DNA of 64,000 nucleotides from Candidatus Lindowbacteria bacterium RIFCSPLOWO2_12_FULL_62_27 (GTDB lineage Bacteria; Lindowbacteria; 2-12-FULL-62-27): positions 1 to 64,000 of the forward strand of contig MFPR01000043.1 in the NCBI GenBank assembly GCA_001784175.1, written 5' to 3'. The notes beneath the pieces are model-generated. The model was given only the letters and a program-made list of their open reading frames with translations. It ran no database searches and had not been told where the DNA came from. Below, one piece after another: positions 59,789-64,000 of this stretch; position 1 is the first letter of the stretch, and the number at the start of each line of letters is the position of its first letter. The position numbers and the translations under genes are program-made.

Positions 59789-60553
59789 ATGCGCAGAAAA
59801 AAACTTCTGGCGGGCAACTGGAAAATGTTCAAGACCGTCGGCGATGCCCTCGCCCTGGTCCGCAAACTCAAAATCTCCGTCGGCCAGGTCCGGGACCGGG
59901 AGGTGGCGGTGTGCCCGCCGTTCACGTCGCTCAAATCCGTTTCTGAAATCCTGTCCGACACCCAGATCCGGCTGGGTGCGCAAAACATGCACTACGAAAA
60001 AGAGGGCGCCTTCACCGGCGAAATTTCCCCCGACATGCTGGCCGATCTCGGCGTCGTCTACGTCATCCTCGGCCACAGCGAGCGCCGCCACGTTTTCGGC
60101 GAGCCGGACGACCTCATCGCCAAAAAAGTCCAGTCGGCCTTTCCGCGCGACCTGAAGCCGATTCTCTGCGTGGGCGAAACCCTGGACCAGCGGCAGGCGG
60201 ACCAGACCCGGTCGGTGGTGCTGGGCCAGATGGAGGCGGGCGTCCGGCTTTTGTCGGCCGACCAGGCGAAGTTTCTGACCGTCGCCTACGAGCCGGTGTG
60301 GGCGATCGGCACCGGCCACACGGCGACGCCGCGGCAGGCGCAGGAGGTCCACGAGGTCATCCGCGGATTTCTCCAGAAACGGTTCGGCCCCGTGTCGGAG
60401 GAGATCCGGATCCTGTACGGAGGCAGCGTCAAGCCGGAGAACATCGACGAGCTGATGGCCGAGCGGGACATCGACGGCGCGCTGGTGGGCGGCGCTTCCC
60501 TGACAGCGGAATCCTTTTCGAGAATTGTCCGGCACAACGGCGGCGGCGCGTGA
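59789..60553 (+). CDS. tpiA: Triosephosphate isomerase
   Basis: AGNWKM, GHSERR, AYEPVWAIGTG, YGGSV, LVGGASL. Confidence 0.99.
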   Translation: MRRKKLLAGNWKMFKTVGDALALVRKLKISVGQVRDREVAVCPPFTSLKSVSEILSDTQIRLGAQNMHYEKEGAFTGEISPDMLADLGVVYVILGHSERRHVFGEPDDLIAKKVQSAFPRDLKPILCVGETLDQRQADQTRSVVLGQMEAGVRLLSADQAKFLTVAYEPVWAIGTGHTATPRQAQEVHEVIRGFLQKRFGPVSEEIRILYGGSVKPENIDELMAERDIDGALVGGASLTAESFSRIVRHNGGGA

Positions 60554-62052
60554 CCGGGCTGCGCCGCCCGGCGCTGCCGGCGGTTTTTGTTCTGAGTCTT
60601 CTCGCATTCATGATCTGGACCGGCGCCGCCGATGCGGCGGGAAAAAAGCAGAAGTCGAAGCACTGGGCGCCGGACACCGCCGCACTGCAGGCCGCCCACG
60701 CGCTTGCGGATACGCCTGCGGCGGACACGCCGGTCGCGGCAACAGACACGCCGGTCGCCGCGCCGGCAGCCGACACGCCCGTCTCCGACACGATCGCGCC
60801 CGACACCCGCGCCTTCACGGCCCGGCCGGGCGGCCGGTTTTATCATGACCGCAGTTTCGCCCACGCCCCGCCGCCGGGCGGCGCGGGGGTGCTGACGGCG
60901 TCGGACACGATGTCCCTGAGCGACAGTTTCACGGCGTGTCCCATTTGTTTCGAAACGCCGATCACCGAGGAGGATTTCGATCTGGAGGAGGCCATCGCCA
61001 GCCAGGTTTCGGGCATCGTGGAGTTCCGGTACCGCAAGCTGGACAACCCGGCGATCGAGGATCGGCTGCGCCGGATCGGCCTGCCGATGACGAAGATACT
61101 GGACCGTAATCATCTCGAATTTTTCTTCACGCCCCTTCGATCGTCCTTTGAAAAGAACGCCATCTCGGCCGGCAACGGGTACATCTATTTCACGACGGGC
61201 CTCCTCGACATCATGGAAGACGACGACGAGGTCGCGTCCGTTCTGGCGCACGAAATCTGTCACGGGGAGTTCCGGCATGTCCTGCAGGACTTCAAGCTCA
61301 CCCAGAAACTGACCCTGATCACCGCCATCGCCTCCGCCGTCGTGAACCGCTCGGGAACCCTCGGCGGCGTCTTTCAGGTGCTCCAGGACTACGCCGCGCA
61401 ACTGGTGCTGAACGGATTTTCCCGGCAATTCGAGCTGGAGGCCGACGCCGGCGCCAAATGGATTCTGGAAAGCCTCGGCCGCGACACGCATGCGATGCGG
61501 CGCGTGCTTCAAAAGCTCGACGATCTCTCCCGCGACCGCCCCGACCGCCCGTCCGTCTTTGCGTCGCACCCGGAGGAATCGGCGCGGATCAAGGCCTTTG
61601 ACAACACCCTCGTGTTCAACCGGACCCTCCGCGGCGATACGCTGTCGATGCATCTCAAATTTCAGCGGCCCCGCGCCGTTGGGTGGTTCAAGGAGCGGGC
61701 TGTGCCGGCGCTCTACGCGACGATTCTGAACGAGCGCGACACCGCCGTGATCGTCGACAACTTTGAGGCCGCCTACCACGCCACGGACATGCCGCAGGTC
61801 AAAGTCGAGGTGTCGCCCGGCAGCATGTACATTCCGGAACACAGCTATGGGCAGATCAAGATTCTTGTGATCGCCAAGACAGACCTGTCGCGCCATCCGC
61901 GCGCGGTCGATTTTTCCTGTACCATTAAAAGAACAGATGAAGAGGCGGCCCCGCCAAAATCCAAATCCAAATCCAAAACGGAAAAGAAGGAAAAACCCAA
62001 ACCCGAACGAATCTCTTTTCATTTCGACCTTACCGATGCCGGCCGTCCGTGA
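60550..62052 (+). CDS. Exported M48-family metallopeptidase
   Basis: Signal peptide, ADTPV repeats, NA..G.IY...GLL, LAHEICH, FSRQFELEAD, SHP...RI. Confidence 0.88.
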   Translation: MTGLRRPALPAVFVLSLLAFMIWTGAADAAGKKQKSKHWAPDTAALQAAHALADTPAADTPVAATDTPVAAPAADTPVSDTIAPDTRAFTARPGGRFYHDRSFAHAPPPGGAGVLTASDTMSLSDSFTACPICFETPITEEDFDLEEAIASQVSGIVEFRYRKLDNPAIEDRLRRIGLPMTKILDRNHLEFFFTPLRSSFEKNAISAGNGYIYFTTGLLDIMEDDDEVASVLAHEICHGEFRHVLQDFKLTQKLTLITAIASAVVNRSGTLGGVFQVLQDYAAQLVLNGFSRQFELEADAGAKWILESLGRDTHAMRRVLQKLDDLSRDRPDRPSVFASHPEESARIKAFDNTLVFNRTLRGDTLSMHLKFQRPRAVGWFKERAVPALYATILNERDTAVIVDNFEAAYHATDMPQVKVEVSPGSMYIPEHSYGQIKILVIAKTDLSRHPRAVDFSCTIKRTDEEAAPPKSKSKSKTEKKEKPKPERISFHFDLTDAGRP

Positions 62053-62626
62053 GTGGGCCGCCTACGGCTCCGTGGCCGCCGGGATTCTCTGCGCGGCCGC
62101 CCTGATCCGCTGGATGCCGGTCGTGCCGGCCCACTCGGGTCTGAATATTCCGAAGATAGTCGTTCCCGCGCGTGCCCCGGTTACGCCGGAGGCGCTGGTT
62201 GTCCGTCGTGATCTCCAGCCGCCGCCGTCACTGGAACGCCGGGTGACGCCGGCGCCGCGCGCTCCGCGCAAGGTCATTCCAGCGCGGGTGACGCCGGTGG
62301 CGGAAACGCCGGCGTCTGCGCCTGCGCCCGTCGAGCGTCCCGCTGTCCCGGTGGCTGTGCCGGTCCCGGTGGTTCCGGTGGTCCAGCCGGCCGCGCCGCG
62401 TCCGACGGGCATCCAGGTCAAAGTCGGGGACGCGGACAAATTCAGGGAGAGCGTCGGCGTCGTCGTCGCGCGCCATTCGGCCAAGGTCGAATTTTCCGGC
62501 GCCGCCATTCGAATTCAGGTGCCGGCCGACCGCCGCGTTGCCTTGAAGGCGGACTTGGACCGCGCCATTTTTGAACACCTGTCGGACGACGGCGTTTCAT
62601 TCCAGATCGATTTAACGTCTCCGTGA
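62036..62626 (+). CDS. Hypothetical Pro-rich membrane-anchored protein
   Basis: TM helix, Pro/Val-rich linker and small C-terminal domain. Confidence 0.65.
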   Translation: MPAVREWAAYGSVAAGILCAAALIRWMPVVPAHSGLNIPKIVVPARAPVTPEALVVRRDLQPPPSLERRVTPAPRAPRKVIPARVTPVAETPASAPAPVERPAVPVAVPVPVVPVVQPAAPRPTGIQVKVGDADKFRESVGVVVARHSAKVEFSGAAIRIQVPADRRVALKADLDRAIFEHLSDDGVSFQIDLTSP

Positions 62627-62639
62627 AGCGCCGCGCTTC

Positions 62640-62668
62640 TTGACACTTTTTCCGGGACGACCTAGCAT
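62640..62668 (+). promoter_or_regulatory. Sigma70-type promoter of glmU
   Basis: TTGACA-17-TAGCAT. Confidence 0.6.
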
Positions 62669-62684
62669 CCCTCTTTTGGCAACC

Positions 62685-64000
62685 ATGTCGAAACGAACCG
62701 GGGTCTTTTTGATTCTCGCTGCGGGCAAGGGTACCCGCATGAAGTCGCCGCTGGCGAAGGTCCTTCATCCGCTGTGCGGCCGGCCGATGTTGTGCCACCT
62801 GCTGGACCAGACGATGTCCTTTCGGGACATGCGGACGGTCTGCGTGATCGGGCACGACGCGGAGGGGGTGCGCGCGGTGCTGCCGGCGGCCGTTGGGTCG
62901 GTCATTCAATCCCCGCAGCGCGGGACGGGAGACGCCGTCCGCGTGGCCCGCCGGGCCTTTGCGGGCGCGCGGGTGCTGGTGGTGGCGCCGGGCGATGCCC
63001 CGATGGTGTCGGCGGGAACGTTTCGGCGGCTGCTCGAACACCACCGGCGCAAGAAGGCGCTGGCGACGGTGCTGACGGCGGAGCCGGAGGAACCGGCCGC
63101 GTATGGCCGGGTGATTTGCAATCCGGACGGCACGGTCCAGCGGATCGTTGAGGCGGTCGATGCCGATCCTGAGACGCTGAAGGTCCGGCGGATCAACACC
63201 GGCATCTACGCGTTCGACCCGCGGGCGCTTCTGGCCGTGATCGGCCGGATCGGCAAAGCGAACCGCAAAGGCGAGTTTTATCTGACGGATGCGATCGAGC
63301 TTTTGTCGGCCCGCGGCTGCGTCGCGTCGCTGAACACGGATGACCCGGACGAAGTCACCGGGATCAACAGTCTCGCCGAACTGGCCCGGCTGGAAGGCGC
63401 GATCCAGAAACATCTGCGCGGCCGGCTGATGGAAAACGGCGTGCAGATTCCGCATCCCCAGTCGGTTTACCTGGAGCCGTCGGTGCGGGTCGACGCCGGC
63501 GCGCGGCTTCTTCCCGGTTCGCATCTGGCGGGCCGGACGGTGGTGGAGGCCGGCGCGGTGATCGGGCCGGACGCGTTCGTGGTGGACAGCCGGATCGGCC
63601 CGCGGTCCCGGATCTGGTATTCGGTGGTTGAGGGATCGGTGCTCGGAGAAAATGTGGTGGTCGGCCCCTTCGCGCACCTTCGGCCAAAGACACGTCTGGC
63701 CCCGGGCGCCCGGGTGGGCAATTTTGTGGAAACGAAGGCCGCGCGAATCGAAAGCGGCGCGAAGGCGATGCACTTGTCGTATGTCGGAGACGTGACGATC
63801 GGCGCCGGGGCCAACATCGGCGCCGGGACGATCACGTGCAATTATGACGGATTTCATAAATATCCCACCCGGATCGGCCCCGGGGCCTTCATCGGCTCCA
63901 ATGCGTCGCTCGTGGCGCCGGTCACCGTGGGCGCCGGGGCCGTGGTGGGCGCCGGTTCGGTGATCACCAAAAATGTTCCGGCCGACAGTTTGGCGCTGAC
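62685..64000 (+). CDS. glmU: Bifunctional GlmU (partial, runs off the window; absent from the ORF track)
   Basis: LAAGKGTRMKSPLAKVLHPLCGRPM, EFYLTD, GPFAHLRP, GNFVETK, HLSYVGD, GAGTITCNYDG. Confidence 0.97.
   Translation, partial: MSKRTGVFLILAAGKGTRMKSPLAKVLHPLCGRPMLCHLLDQTMSFRDMRTVCVIGHDAEGVRAVLPAAVGSVIQSPQRGTGDAVRVARRAFAGARVLVVAPGDAPMVSAGTFRRLLEHHRRKKALATVLTAEPEEPAAYGRVICNPDGTVQRIVEAVDADPETLKVRRINTGIYAFDPRALLAVIGRIGKANRKGEFYLTDAIELLSARGCVASLNTDDPDEVTGINSLAELARLEGAIQKHLRGRLMENGVQIPHPQSVYLEPSVRVDAGARLLPGSHLAGRTVVEAGAVIGPDAFVVDSRIGPRSRIWYSVVEGSVLGENVVVGPFAHLRPKTRLAPGARVGNFVETKAARIESGAKAMHLSYVGDVTIGAGANIGAGTITCNYDGFHKYPTRIGPGAFIGSNASLVAPVTVGAGAVVGAGSVITKNVPADSLAL

Overview
High-GC, diderm, flagellated bacterium; the lineage cannot be fixed from this window. 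In order along the window: (1) 0.5-14.3 kb is a chemotaxis cluster (MCP, cheB, 2x cheW, CheR-STAS-STAS fusion, CheA with two HPt and one REC domain, triple-REC regulator, cheX, cheY, CheX-FapA/DUF342 fusion). (2) 14.3-34 kb holds housekeeping and accessory genes (peroxiredoxin, tandem alpha-CTD protein, ATP-cone/kinase, murG, def, fmt, ABC-CPBP, brnTA, TPR, dxr, rseP, proS, Tat-exported PaoABC-like molybdoenzyme). (3) 34-42.7 kb is a Ser/Thr signalling module (PP2C, FHA, ECF sigma, kinase-TPR interrupted by one in-frame TAG). (4) 42.7-52.4 kb is an accessory island: six self-promoted, minus-strand toxin-antitoxin(-like) gene pairs interleaved with six copies of a ~73-bp GC-rich repeat that is not attC-like, mostly enclosed by 161-bp direct repeats, with no integrase in view. 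(5) 52.3-57.4 kb holds secreted and outer-membrane genes, including a beta-barrel whose signal peptide is frameshifted by an (ACAGGAG)4 tract (candidate phase variation). (6) The window ends with gap-pgk-tpiA, an M48 peptidase and a partial glmU. No rRNA, tRNA, CRISPR array or transposase was recognised. All family calls come from motif recognition by eye; no database searches were run.
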